Below, one piece after another: positions 1 to 11,600 of a DNA stretch of 64,000 bases (position 1 is its first letter; each line of letters begins with the position of its first letter). The notes under the pieces were generated by a model, which was not told the DNA's origin, ran no database searches, and saw nothing but the letters and a program-made list of their open reading frames with translations. Source of the DNA: Heterodontus francisci (lineage: Eukaryota); contig NC_090403.1 of the NCBI RefSeq assembly GCF_036365525.1, positions 54,375,095-54,439,094 on the forward strand, given 5' to 3'. A program made the position numbers and the translations under genes.

Positions 1-261
1 AAAGTTGCAGGATTTGTACCCAAATAAAATAAGGCACTATTATATCAGCGATATTGACAGTTGCTTTTCAATCGTCGATCATCACACATCGTTCTCATCA
101 AATACATCCCTTCAAACTTATTCTCACAGATTCGACAGAACGGCCACTCAAGACCGAGAATGGCAGCCGCGTTGGTCTTTCATTTCACTTCAGGATTGAC
201 GCGATTTCACAAATTTCGCACTCTGGGCCTTGGCATTTGATGCACCTGAATTGGGATGCAC

Positions 262-1006
262 AAGAGGCCAGAATTAGATCGGTGCAGAGATCTCAGAGGG
301 TTCTGGGCTGGAGGAGGTTACAGAGCTGAGGAGGGGCGAAATGGAGGAGGGTTTTGAAAATAAGGATGAGAATTTTGGAATCGATTCTTTGCTTAACCAG
401 GAACTAATTGGAATCAGGTGCACAGGGACAATGGGGAAATGGGACTTGGTGCAAGTTAGAACACAGATAACAGAGTTTTGGATGACCTTTTTTTATTCGT
501 TCGGGGGTGTAGGCATCGCTGGCTATGTTAGCATTTATTGTCCATCCCTCAAGTTTGTGGAGGGTAGAATGTAGGAGGCCGACCAGGAGTGCTTTGGAAT
601 ATCAAGTCTAGAGGTAACAAATGGATGGATGAGGGTTTCAGCAGCAGAACAGCTGAGGCAAAGAGATGGTTGGCAATGTGGTGAAGGTAGAAATAGGCAG
701 TCTTACTGATGCTGTGGATGTGTGTTTGGAAGCTAATTTAATTGTCGAAAATGACATCAAGGTTGGGCCAGTCTGGTTGAGCCTCTAACAGTTTCCATGA
801 ACAGGAATGCTATCAGTGGTTAGGGAATATGGTTTGTGGTAGGGACTGCAGACAATTTATCCTTCTTCCCAATATTTAGTTGGAGGAAATCCCTGCTCAT
901 CCAGTACTGAATGACAGACAAGCAGTCTGAACATTTAGAGACAGTAGAGGGGATGAGAATGGTATGGCGAGGTAGCGCTGGTTGTTGTCAGTGTACATGT
1001 GGAAAC
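262..1006 (-). mobile_element. Decayed L2-clade LINE fragment (ORF2, RT YADD region to C-terminus)
   Basis: Minus-strand translation gives broken L2-like peptides: FHMYTDNNQRYL (degenerate FHMYADDTQLYL), DCLSVIQYWMSRDFLQLNIGK, NLDVIFD..SFQTHIHSISKTAYFYLHHIA and LHKLEVIQNS, with frameshifts and stops. Boundaries are approximate. Confidence 0.85.
489..549 (-). mobile_element. ~61-bp 5'-truncated retroposon 3' tail nested inside the L2 fragment
   Basis: Removing 489-549 restores GGATGACCT|CAAGTTTGTGGAGG, which encodes LHKLEVIQ on the minus strand. The insert begins with a T-run (A-tail on minus) and CCT appears at both 486-488 and 547-549. Confidence 0.65.
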
Positions 1007-1030
1007 AGTATACAGCTACATGTACCCATG

Positions 1031-1379
1031 TGGCACAGTGGCGCAGTGGTTAACACCGCAGCCTCACAGCTCCAAGGACCCGGGTTCAATTCTGGGTGCT
1101 GCCTGTGTGGAGTTTGCAAGTTCTCCCTGTGTCTGCGTGGGTTTCCTCCGGGTGCTCCGGTTTCCTCCCACATGCCAAAGACTTGCAGGTTGATAGGTAA
1201 ATTGGCCATTACAAATTGTCACTAGTATAGGTAGGTGGTAGGGAAATATAGGGACAGGTGGGGATGTGGTAGGAATATGGAATTAGTGTAGGATTAGTAT
1301 AAATGGGTGGTTGATGGTCGGCACAGACTCGGTGGGCCGAAGGGCCTGTTTCAGTGCTGTATCTCTAATCTAATCTAAT
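1031..1379 (+). mobile_element. tRNA-derived V-SINE of the elasmobranch HE1 type, apparently full length
   Basis: Pol III A box TGGCGCAGTGG (1039-1049) and B box GGTTCAATTC (1083-1092). V-domain-like core GTGGAGTTTGCA..TTCTCCC..TCTGCGTGGGTTTCCTCCGGGTGCTCCGGTTTCCTCCCACA. CR1-type 3' tail GGGCCGAAGGGCCTGTTTCAGTGCTGTATCTC followed by (TAATC)n. Confidence 0.9.
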
Positions 1380-1490
1380 GTCTCCAGCATGTATTCCACA
1401 TGCACTCAACATTTCCATGCTATGTACCTAACGTGCCCAGATTGTACCCAGTATACACGTACGTATGTAACATGTGCCCAGTGTGTATTC
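1380..1490. repeat. Degenerate ATGTACCCAG-like simple repeat flanking the SINE
   Basis: Recurring TGTACCCAG/TGTGCCCAG/CATGTA units. A similar unit (CATGTACCCATG) lies immediately 5' of the SINE. Confidence 0.4.
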
Positions 1491-2564
1491 ATCTGTCGTG
1501 GCCTACATTCCGATAGATTTTCTGTCGTATTTTCTGTGTCTCCCTTTGTTTGTCTCTGTTTGTTCTCCAGCATACACCGTCCTTTTATCTCTCTGTATAT
1601 CTACCACTCTGTCGCTAATAAAGAAGTTCGACTGAAATCATAACATGGAAAAAAGGCTAAAGACCGACTTGAAAACATGATACGAATTGTGACTTTGTTG
1701 CATATGGCGTAGAACAAGATATTTCTTCTTGTTGAGTTTAAGTAAGCTTTGCCTTTTTCTTATTTGTTCTTTTAACTAAAACTTACTGAATGATCGAAGG
1801 ACAAACCAAAAATTCACATTCTCACTCACAGGTCATGGACCGGCATTTATTTATTCGCAGAGTACCTGGGAACGCGCGAGCGGCCATGTTGACCCCGTGA
1901 CAGAACCCTGCAAAATATTTAAGGACTGACTTGCTTTCCGTACGAGCGGAAAACTAGTTTGTTATTTTCAACTTCCTGAATACATAGTAGAACTGGGAGA
2001 AGCCAGGGCGTTACTTGGTAAAATAAATTCAGGCTGTTTATCCAGATGTGCATCTCACAGAGGGAGGGAAGGAATCCGACGGTTTAAATGGAAGGTTTGT
2101 AAGGGGGGGGGGGGGGGACAGATTTTCTGCAACTTATTCTTCCTGAGATAGATTTTTCGATTGTTTGGCCGATAATTATCGCTCTGATAAACTCATTTCT
2201 CCACCACGTCCCATTCGTATTGGTACACTTATGTCGATGAAATAAGTTTTAGACTGTCTTTCTAGAGCCGCTTAGATAGGAAAAGGAGCATGAGAACTTT
2301 CCTGACAATTAAACGAACGGTTCATTTTTTCTGCATTTCGTCTCTCTGATCCGTTATTGTCTCATTCTTCAATTCTTTCTCTCTATCTCCCTGGTCTCTC
2401 TCGCTCTCTCTCTCTATTATCTTCAGTTCCGACTCCGAATCCTCTTCCATCTATTCCACGCCTTTCTCCGCCTTCCTATTTCTATCTTCATCCCTCTGCC
2501 TTGGTCTGTGTGCCTCTCCACCCTTTGCCCAGCTGTCTATTTCGTTTTTTAAACAAACTACTAT

Positions 2565-2831
2565 GAACAAAGAACAAAGAACAGTACAGCACAGGAACAG
2601 GCCATTCGGCCCTCCAAGCCTGCACTGATCTTGATGCCTGCCGAAACTAACACCTTCTGCACTTCCGGGGCCCATATCCCTCTATTCCCATCCTATTCAT
2701 ATATTTGTCAAGATGTCTCTTAAACGTCGCTATCGTATCTGCTTCCACCACCTCCCCTGGCAGCAAGTTCCAGGCACTCACCACCCTCTGTGTAAAAAAC
2801 CTGCCTCGCACCTTAAACCTATGTCCCCTAA
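2565..2831 (-). mobile_element. 5'-truncated CR1-clade LINE (HER1-like) 3' end
   Basis: ORF 2647-2841(-) contains RGHRFKVRG-RFFTQRVVSAWNLLPGEVVEADTIATFKRHLDKYM, the typical CR1 ORF2 C-terminus. It is followed by the 3'UTR GGGCCGAATGGCCTGTTCCTGTGCTGTACTG and a (TTCTTTG)n tail. Confidence 0.9.
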
Positions 2832-3091
2832 GACTGAACATTGATAATTAGAAAAGAAATTGATAAATGTTATATTTTTACCCAAAAATGAAAACATATC
2901 CTTTCTTTTAACTGCTCGATTCACTGCAAAATTCTGTTTGCACTCCTCTTGTTACCTCCTTACTCAATCTACCTTCCTCTCCACGTCTATCTCCCCTTCA
3001 TTCTTCCTCTTCTCGCTTTCTACCACCCCTCTCTCTCTCATTCTCGGTGCCTAACTGTCTTTTTTTCTTCTGGTCTACTAAACACTGTCTT

Positions 3092-3133
3092 TGAACTTCC
3101 GTCAGGTCAAGGTCACCTTTGACCCCGGGGTCA
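3092..3133. promoter_or_regulatory. Dense cluster of nuclear-receptor half-sites (candidate response element)
   Basis: TGAACT (3092), AGGTCA (3104), AGGTCA (3110), TGACCC (3120) and GGGTCA (3128) all fall within 42 bp. Motif evidence only. Confidence 0.4.
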
Positions 3134-5603
3134 AGACAAACACATTCCACTAACTGAACAAACTTCCAAACCACTCCGCAAACGGATCAGTTTCACAATC
3201 TGTTGATGGCTCCCAGTGGCCTCAAAGCAGAAGAAGGAAGAATAAAGGGGGTTCAAACTTGGCGCTGGATCTTTTAACCGTTGACGGAAAGTGAATCTAT
3301 TTAGTAACTATTTGTGTGGAAGACGGCGCTTCCCGTGTCTGACGCAGTAGGTGATGTTCTGTAACCTTACCATGTTGCGCCAATAACAGGCAACAACCGT
3401 TGCCATGCCTACAGCTATATTTCACTGATCTTTAATAACATGTTAACGACTCATTTTGAAATGAGCCTCCCATGGCATAAATCCGACTGACCAAACGAGG
3501 CGGAAAGTGCACACAGCACCGCTTTCGTATAAATACAACAGCCTCCTAAGTAAAACGAAGGCTTCTTTTCAATAGCTAAACAGCAACGACGGACAATCTG
3601 CATAATGCGCAGGATGGCGCAATCAACATGCAGTCCTAATAGCAGTAATATTATACAGTGTGTTATAAAATCTGAAGAAGGCATTCGAACAGGGAAAGAG
3701 ATCAAGCACAGGTTCTACTGCCCCTGATCTGTGAGGGACTGAAGGAATGCAGCATTAAAGCAATAAGTGAGAGTTTGGGGGCTAACCAGACCGTAAGGAT
3801 CTGACAGGTGAGTGAGTACACGTTCCTGATAGCCGGAGGTTACTTCTGGCAAGAGCGGGATTCTTGAACATAATGCTTTGGGCCTTGTTTGTATATTGAA
3901 GCGTTTTGTTAAATCGAAACGGAAGATCGGTGCACGCAAGATCACTAATAACATATCAAGCTAGAGGCAGACACCAAACCACATGTGAGAAAGCAGGTCC
4001 CTAGGAAAATCAGATCCCCCTGCCTTATCTTGGGGTCTAACTCCTCCATTGGATTTGCAGAATTCTCGTCCTGTGATAGAATTTCCGGGGCCCTCCGCTT
4101 AGCATTTACCCCCGCATTGATTTTTGGTTCTGCAGTCCCACAGCGATGCAGTCAAAATAGTAAATATCGCAAATGAGCAGATGTCGCCTGATCTGTGTTA
4201 ATCGAGCCTCTTTCTCCGTATCAGTGAGGTGGATTGTTAACACCTGAATATAGAATAACCTGTGTTCATTATGTTAGACTCCCGCTTTTAGAACCAGCTG
4301 AGTTCAGATATCCTGCTACAAGTTTAGTTAGTGTCGGATAAATGTCCAATGTTCGGTTTAGTTGTGTTGTGTTTATAAATAACAGTCCTTTGTCTCATAA
4401 ATTGTTGAGTTCTTCGGGAGTTTTGTTTTGTTTGTTTCTGATCCTTGGGATCTGGAATATTTTAAATTGTTGCAACAAAGTTTGCTTGTATGCAAACTTC
4501 GTTCAATTTTGTATATATTTGTTTTAGAGACAAATCACTTAATGCGAGTCTAAAATGTGGTGCCTTGTTCAGTGTGGCTGTTTATTTTTTTACTTTCATG
4601 CTGAAAAAAGCGTCGAGAAAGTTGTTGACTTTGAGAACGCTCAGTAATTGCTCTGACCTTGAGCTGCAGATGACCCCCTCTGCAATATCTCTTGCTTAGT
4701 TACGATTTCAAATGTAGAATCCATTATCTTCGTTCAAGAGAACGAATAAAGTTAATGTTGATCTCAATACTCATTACCGGCATTATTTACTCTTAAAAGA
4801 AAAAATAATTTCAAGATAAGTTGCCAATTATGTGAATACTGCTTGTTGTAATAATTACTCTTCATGATAATCTCATTTTCGTGGATGTTGTACAAGGAAA
4901 AATGTGCAGGCTTAAGAAAAATGCTTTTTTGTTTATCAGTGATGTCTTTTTTGTTTTGTTGGTCACTAACTTAAAGCAGCAGGAAGGCTAGTCTGAGAGC
5001 TGGAAGTGGCTAATTGGAAAAACAGTAAAGAATGGAAGACAGTTTAATGTACAATGATCTTTCAAAGTTGCATATATTTTCCGACCTGCTTATGCTGTAA
5101 CTCAAAACTGTATGAATACCAACATCAATCATTGTCCCTGATAGGAAGCCCCAGCAATTATTGAACGGGTCGCAGCCAACCTTTTAACCCAGAGCTTAAA
5201 AAATAACTGGTCTGTTACACTATAATTTATAAAGAGACAATCTCTTCAACCCCGTGATCGTCATCTCCTTATATTCATTATCGATACAAGTTAAATTTTA
5301 GGAAACATGGTATGACAATGAAAAGATTCAAATGTGAGTATGCGAGTTAAACATAATTATGAGGCAAGCCCGTTCGCCGTTTTATTTCTGAATATAGTCT
5401 TATAATTATAATAAGCAGATATGATCTAAATCGCTAGAATTAAATTTAAAATATTTTAGACTGTGACGTGCAGGGAAATTTAACTTTGGTAATGCATCTT
5501 TACGCTACAAATAGAACTACGAAAAAATGGCTTTTTAGCCTGAGTTCAGTCTCAAGACAGTCGCATAAAGGCCAAGGTCCTCTTCGGCCCATTTGTGGAG
5601 CAA

Positions 5604-5637
5604 CAGCGACCTCAAGTGGAAATTTGAACTATTGCAG
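5604..5637 (-). promoter_or_regulatory. Candidate CTCF site with upstream module
   Basis: Minus strand reads CTGCAATAGTTCAAATTTCCACTTGAGGTCGCTG. The core has 2 mismatches to CCASYAGRKGGCRS and a TGCAAT upstream module at plausible spacing. Confidence 0.4.
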
Positions 5638-8600
5638 TGATAGTTTGTATTTTCCAGTTAGCCCAATGCTGTATAAAGATACGGAGAAAAAATTGTTTCG
5701 TTAGTGAGACAATTGGTACCGGAATCTCCAATTTTCGAAGACCTATTATTCCCAACCAATAAGTACCAATAGATCTTTGACTATCTAAATGGATGCATAC
5801 TTGGTGTAGTCAGTGCAAACTCGTTTACCGCACCGTTATGATGTGACTCCTCTACTTTTCCAATGTGACAGTGCATTAACAGAGATTAATGCAATATTAA
5901 CAGGGATACTCAGTTTTATTGTCTCTCGAGACAAAGAGGCTAAAGATAAGATAAGACTAAGTTTCTTAATATTTTATTTTGTAAGAAGAAAAATCATTTT
6001 TTAAAATGAAATCAGCATAAGCTGTTCTACCTGGAGATGCCCATTTATAAATTGCATTATTCCGATGGATAAATTGACATGAAAAATGAAGAAAACCATT
6101 TAATATCTTTGCACCATTTCTTGCGAAGCCCCATATGAAAATCCTTAGTAAACGTTTCACAAACTCCTCCAGCTTATGGAACAACCACCATCCCATGAGC
6201 GACGGTGAAAGTGATTCATTATTTTCGAATAATGTAACATAATTTTACAGTATGACCAAAGATATTTCCTTGAGAAAGATTTCACATTTCTTTTTGTGTA
6301 CATAAGTAGTTGAACCTTAAGGTTGTGGGCGGATTAACTGGTGTTTTTAAAGCTGCTTTTTGCAGAGATGCGTTTACAACCCCAAGGATCCATTAGAAAG
6401 TCATTTATAATTTAATAAAGTTTATCAAATACTCAAAGTAGTGTAGGATTGCTACGGTTGTGGGTAAAGAGAGTAACAGATGCTATTTGTTGTTCCAAGT
6501 TCGGGTTATTATTCGCAACCTTAATGCCACTCGAAAGTCAAAGTAGGCTAGATGTTGGCGAGAAAGTGCAAGATTTACTTACAATTAGTTAATATAGATA
6601 AAACATTATGTAAATCGTGAGCTTGGAATCAGTTGAAACAAAGAATAATCCGCATTATTCCTTTCATTCGGCACGGAGAACCTCCTGCACCAGCTTTGCC
6701 GAGGTATAATTCTGTTGTTGGTAACGACATAAAGCTGAATTTGAGATGTAGTTGGTGCGGACGCATTCTCGATATCCGCTAGCTTGGTCAAGGCGACCGC
6801 GTTATAGTTAAGTCTGTTCAACCTGAAACACAGGCGAGTAAGCAAATCTATTTAAATTTTATTTAAACTTCAACTGAAATGCAAAATTTCAATGCGGTAA
6901 TAACAATAATAATAATTAAAATCAAGCCTAAGTTTAAATTATTTACATGTTTTTTGACGATCTCAAAACTAAATGTGATCAGATTTTACTAGTGAAAAGA
7001 AGCCAATAATTAGCAGCTAATCTACAGCTGCTCCAATTATATAATACTTCCTCCATTACAAACTGAAACAGATTCTGTAACATTGGCTGCAGAATGTCCT
7101 ATTTATGGGACTTGATATTTGTGGAGAAATCGAATCGCATTTTCTATAATATTATTCTTTTTTTAAATAAAGAAATACAAGCGATTCCTTTTACATTTAG
7201 AAAATAGATTTAAATGTTTGAATGAATGTCTACAACAGGGACCGTCAATGTCAAAGTCAGTGTTCGGAGTTCCACGAAAAAGGCGGAACCCTTATAAGTC
7301 TACACACTACAAAATAAACTAAGCGCCGAATTAATGCAATTCTTGTGATCCTCTTTGATTTGGGTGCTTTATAAAAAGATGACAAGCTCTTGCAATGTCT
7401 TGGTGGATAGCGGTCGGCAACTGAGCGTGAGAAACCATCAGTTTCATGGAGGTAGATTGACAGATACAATTGTAACCTGAGTAAATGCTGAAGCTAGAAA
7501 TGTTTTCACTGCGTAAGAACTGTGATATTTGTGAATGTTTTTAAACGAACGACCTTCACAAGGCAATAACAGAGGGTGAATGGTTAATCAGAATGTCATT
7601 AATGAGGATTAGTTTTAAAATAATATGAAAGCTGGTATCCTGGCGGTTGTAAACACGGAAACTCATAAAATAATACTTCTTGACATAGTTTCGGCAGATT
7701 CTCATCTGAGCCACAAGTTCAGAGAGAAATAAATGTGCAAATGCAGTACCGTGCAGCCCTCAAGCACCAACATTGAGGCAGTGGATGGATTGATTTGAAC
7801 CGAAAATAAGTCAGAGATGTTGCCTGTGGTGGACATGCCTGTATCTCTGTTTTATGACATGCAGCACGGAACCTGGGTTGGTGCTGATGGCAAGTTAACA
7901 AAGTGTAATTTACTAAAAAGGGGTTATTTTAAGTGATCGCCACATCAACCGCCAAATCTCATCTGATTTAAAATATTCAGGCTCTACCTTTCATTTAGAG
8001 ATGTTATTTTCCAACCCCAGGAATTGTGTGCAGCTCCTGGTCACATCTGGATCGTCTTTTTAAAAGTATTAATAATTTAAAGATTCTGTTACAATTCAGC
8101 TGGGAAAATTAGTTAATTCAGTTGGGAGGTGGAAGTTTAGAGCTGGGAACTGTTACAAGAGTATTAATGTTTGTTACTATTGTCTTACTGTCCCCTTGTT
8201 AAACTGATGCAGAGGTCTAGGCCTCGCTTTTGCGGGTTTTAAGTTTCTGTTTAATGTAGTAGAGGATTATGCAAAGCAACCTTGTTCCACTTCGGAAGGA
8301 GTCTCGAGGAGTCTCTGAGATATCACCTTCACCTTGAGGGAATTCGCGTGGACACAGGAATACGGTTGATTTGAGTTTAATTTAAAAGCCCAGATGGAGA
8401 ACAAACAAAACAGGGACTTGAAAAGATTCGCAAAGAGGTGAACAGGAAACGATGGTTTGTTGATACGAAATTTGAATTTTAAATACCTGCATTTGGAAAG
8501 ACAGGGGAAATGAATATTATCTTCAATTTGGAGAACTGAGACAAACAGATGGATATATAGATATAAAGACAAATAAAAGATAGATAAACAGATAATAAAG

Positions 8601-11600
8601 AGCCACGTTCGTGACTAACCGAATTTGATTCCTGCTGTCAATAAGGACAGAATAACCACAAATTGAATGAGCTTGAGGTGCATGAGGTTTTATCTTTAAT
8701 TCTATTACATACAGTTGGCCGTAAGCCGATGTGTTTCCAGGGAAATTTTCTGTCGGGAAGTTATTTCTTGGTGGATTGTGTGGTGTATTTCATTGTTGTT
8801 TCGTTTCGTGGCGTTTCATTCCTTTCATTCACCGCGCCCTATGTGAGATCCCAAAATGAACTATAAAATAAAACAAGTGCGGGATCCACCTTCCGAACTT
8901 AACTGTGACCCCGTCACTCTAGAAGTTCCTGCAATTTTAAACTTTAGTTTGAATGCCTACCGATCGAGCTTTAGATGGTTTCCAAACGAGTCTGTGTGGG
9001 AGACTGATCATCAATTAAGTTGCAGCGAAATTATACCAAAGATGCAGAAATGTCCCAGGAAATTGATTGAACGTGCTGGCGTTGAATGTATCTTCGTTTC
9101 AACATTATATTTTAAGTTAGAAAAGTATAACTTATAATAACCGTGTGCTCCAAGCCTCTGCTGGTAAAATTACCTGATTCCAGCAAGTAACTACAATCGA
9201 GTTGTTACAAATTAACATCTAGTTTTCATCATATTTTAACTGCGTTGCTATATAATCGTGAGGGTGAAGAAGACCGCAGCTTGCCGGTTAATCATAAGAA
9301 TTTGCATTGTCGGTGATTACTGCACACCGACTCCAGCTGTTATTACCGTGCTGTGACTTTCTGTTCTGTTTTGTGAAAGAAAACGGACGAATTTCCTTGT
9401 TGCCCATTTGTGAAAACTTCTCAAGAAGGAACTTAGAATTAACGGATTGGAAAATGCCTCAAAATGTTAACATTTCATTATAATTGTTATATATATCCTG
9501 GAAACTGTCACATTCACTGCAGCGATTTAGGATTTTTTTTCTCTGTTAAAGAGGCTGCACAAATGCAAATTATTGTTGCTAATGTACATTCGATAATGTC
9601 TGCACATGATCATTCCACTGGTACAACCAGTAAAGATGTAAACCTATTCTTTGGGCTGTTGCTCAGTATTTCAATAAGTCCTTTCCATATACAATTGAAC
9701 GAAAACAAACGAAAAAGTGCGTGATAGAGAGAGAGAAATAGAAGAAAGAGAGAGAAAGTGGGAGAATGAATAAAGCCATAACTACTAGTGTTGACTGAAA
9801 GATGAGATCTGCGTGTGTAACCAGTTTGGATTTAAAAATTACGATATTCAGATTTTCAAGAATAAACGTGCTTAATTAAGAGAAATTATAAAGCCTGCAA
9901 TATTAGTTTGGAACTAACTTTTATTTGCACGTTCAGATTGGCTATTTTCGTGTTGGTATCCATCATGGAAATCAATATTTTTGCGTACTTTTTGCATCAA
10001 TTTCTCCCAAATATTTAGAGTTCTGACGCCATTTTGCGGTGTGTCCTGTTCGCTATATGTAACTCCCTCCTTCGCCCTCCCACTCCTCCCACAACTGAGT
10101 GATACTCTGTTAAGGAGCCATTAATGAACCGTGTTTCAAATGTAGAAAAATAATGTGACCCTTTGAAAAAGATTTCTTCACCTAAATGCAGCTTTGTGAT
10201 TGTAGTCCTTCCATAAACAATCACTGTGCAGGGTTCCTGGTGCAGTTGCTGTCAACATCTTTGTATAAATCTGACTGAAAATATCTTAGAATTATAGATG
10301 GCTCGTTTTCACCAATCAGCCACCAGTATGAGACACCGTTCCGCACTGAATTCCGCACTGAATACGGCCTCAATGTGTTTTTTTTTTAATCGGCGCAATA
10401 ATTCTTATCATGAGCTCCTTGGATCCTGAAGGTTTGTGGCTGGCATGGCGTCCATTGTGCATTTCAACGTTAATTCGAGTTAAAGAAAAACCGCACGAGT
10501 ATGTAACGCAGCAAACCTCAGTACAAAGGTGTCCTTTATGATCTAGCGGATGATGCGCGTTACGTTAATAGTTTAAAATCCCCAAGGGTTTTATGGAAGT
10601 GGATGCAAAATGAATGTTGTTATTTAAAGTAAGCGCATGCATTTTGCGTTGAGCGGTAAATCCTGCCTGCTCAGCAGCTCACATATCAAATTGGACGGAT
10701 ACACTGTTTATCAAGGCCTATGTGCAAGAATTACACGCAAATTCGTGTGTAAAGCATTGCGATTTGAAAATAAAGATACCAACATATGGCTGTGCGCTGT
10801 GGAGGGCGAATTAATCAAGAAATATATTTATAATCACATTACCGATCTATTTAGTTAATCTAATTTTTGGGTGGGACTGTTTGCTAAAAATACCCAAAAC
10901 TCACAGTTTTAATAATTATATTATGCCTCATTATTCAGTTGTTAGTTCTAACCTCACAGTTTCAGCAAAGGTTTACAAAAGTGGGTCCAAATCCCAGAAT
11001 TTGCAGCATCATATCCTTACTAAAGTATGAGAGCAGCAATTTTAACCTCTATGATTACGCGCGAGTATATATGGTATTTCCATGCAATGGGATTACAAAA
11101 TGTAGCTGCATTGTGTGTCTATCGAAATAGTTGTGCAACGTTGTGCGGGTGTGTCTAGGTGAGGAATGGAATTCAGACTGCAGCTACATGCAATATCGGT
11201 TGCATACCTATTCAGAGATTTGCGTGTAGTGTGAAATTATTGTATATAGTTCTGAGCCCTGCATTTATATTCTCTGTTTATTTGGTAATATGGGGAGGCA
11301 ATATCAGCAAAGGACGTGCTTTGCTGGGAACTAGTCGCTAAGGTTTCAGTTTGATGCATTACTGAGATACTGCGGTGCTCTCACTGTATAACGCTTTCGT
11401 CTATGTAAATCCGCTCTCTTACTCTTGTTTCTATCTCAGATACAATAGCCCGCGCTTTAGATTGTTCTCCACGGGTGCCCAGAATACTGTACTCCAGGGT
11501 CCCATTACAAACAGGGGCCGGGGTAACCTTTCTGCTTATTCTCTTACAAGCAGCGTCTCAGTTATTTCTGTAGAATTATTGCTGCAGCTCGGAGTAGAAA

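Noticed and set aside
911-1225. ORFs overlapping the SINE
   Set aside because: They are translations of non-coding SINE/L2 sequence.
1845-1930. Acceptor-like TTTATTTATTCGCAG followed by a CpG-rich patch
   Set aside because: All three frames stop within about 25 codons, with no homeobox similarity and no clear donor.
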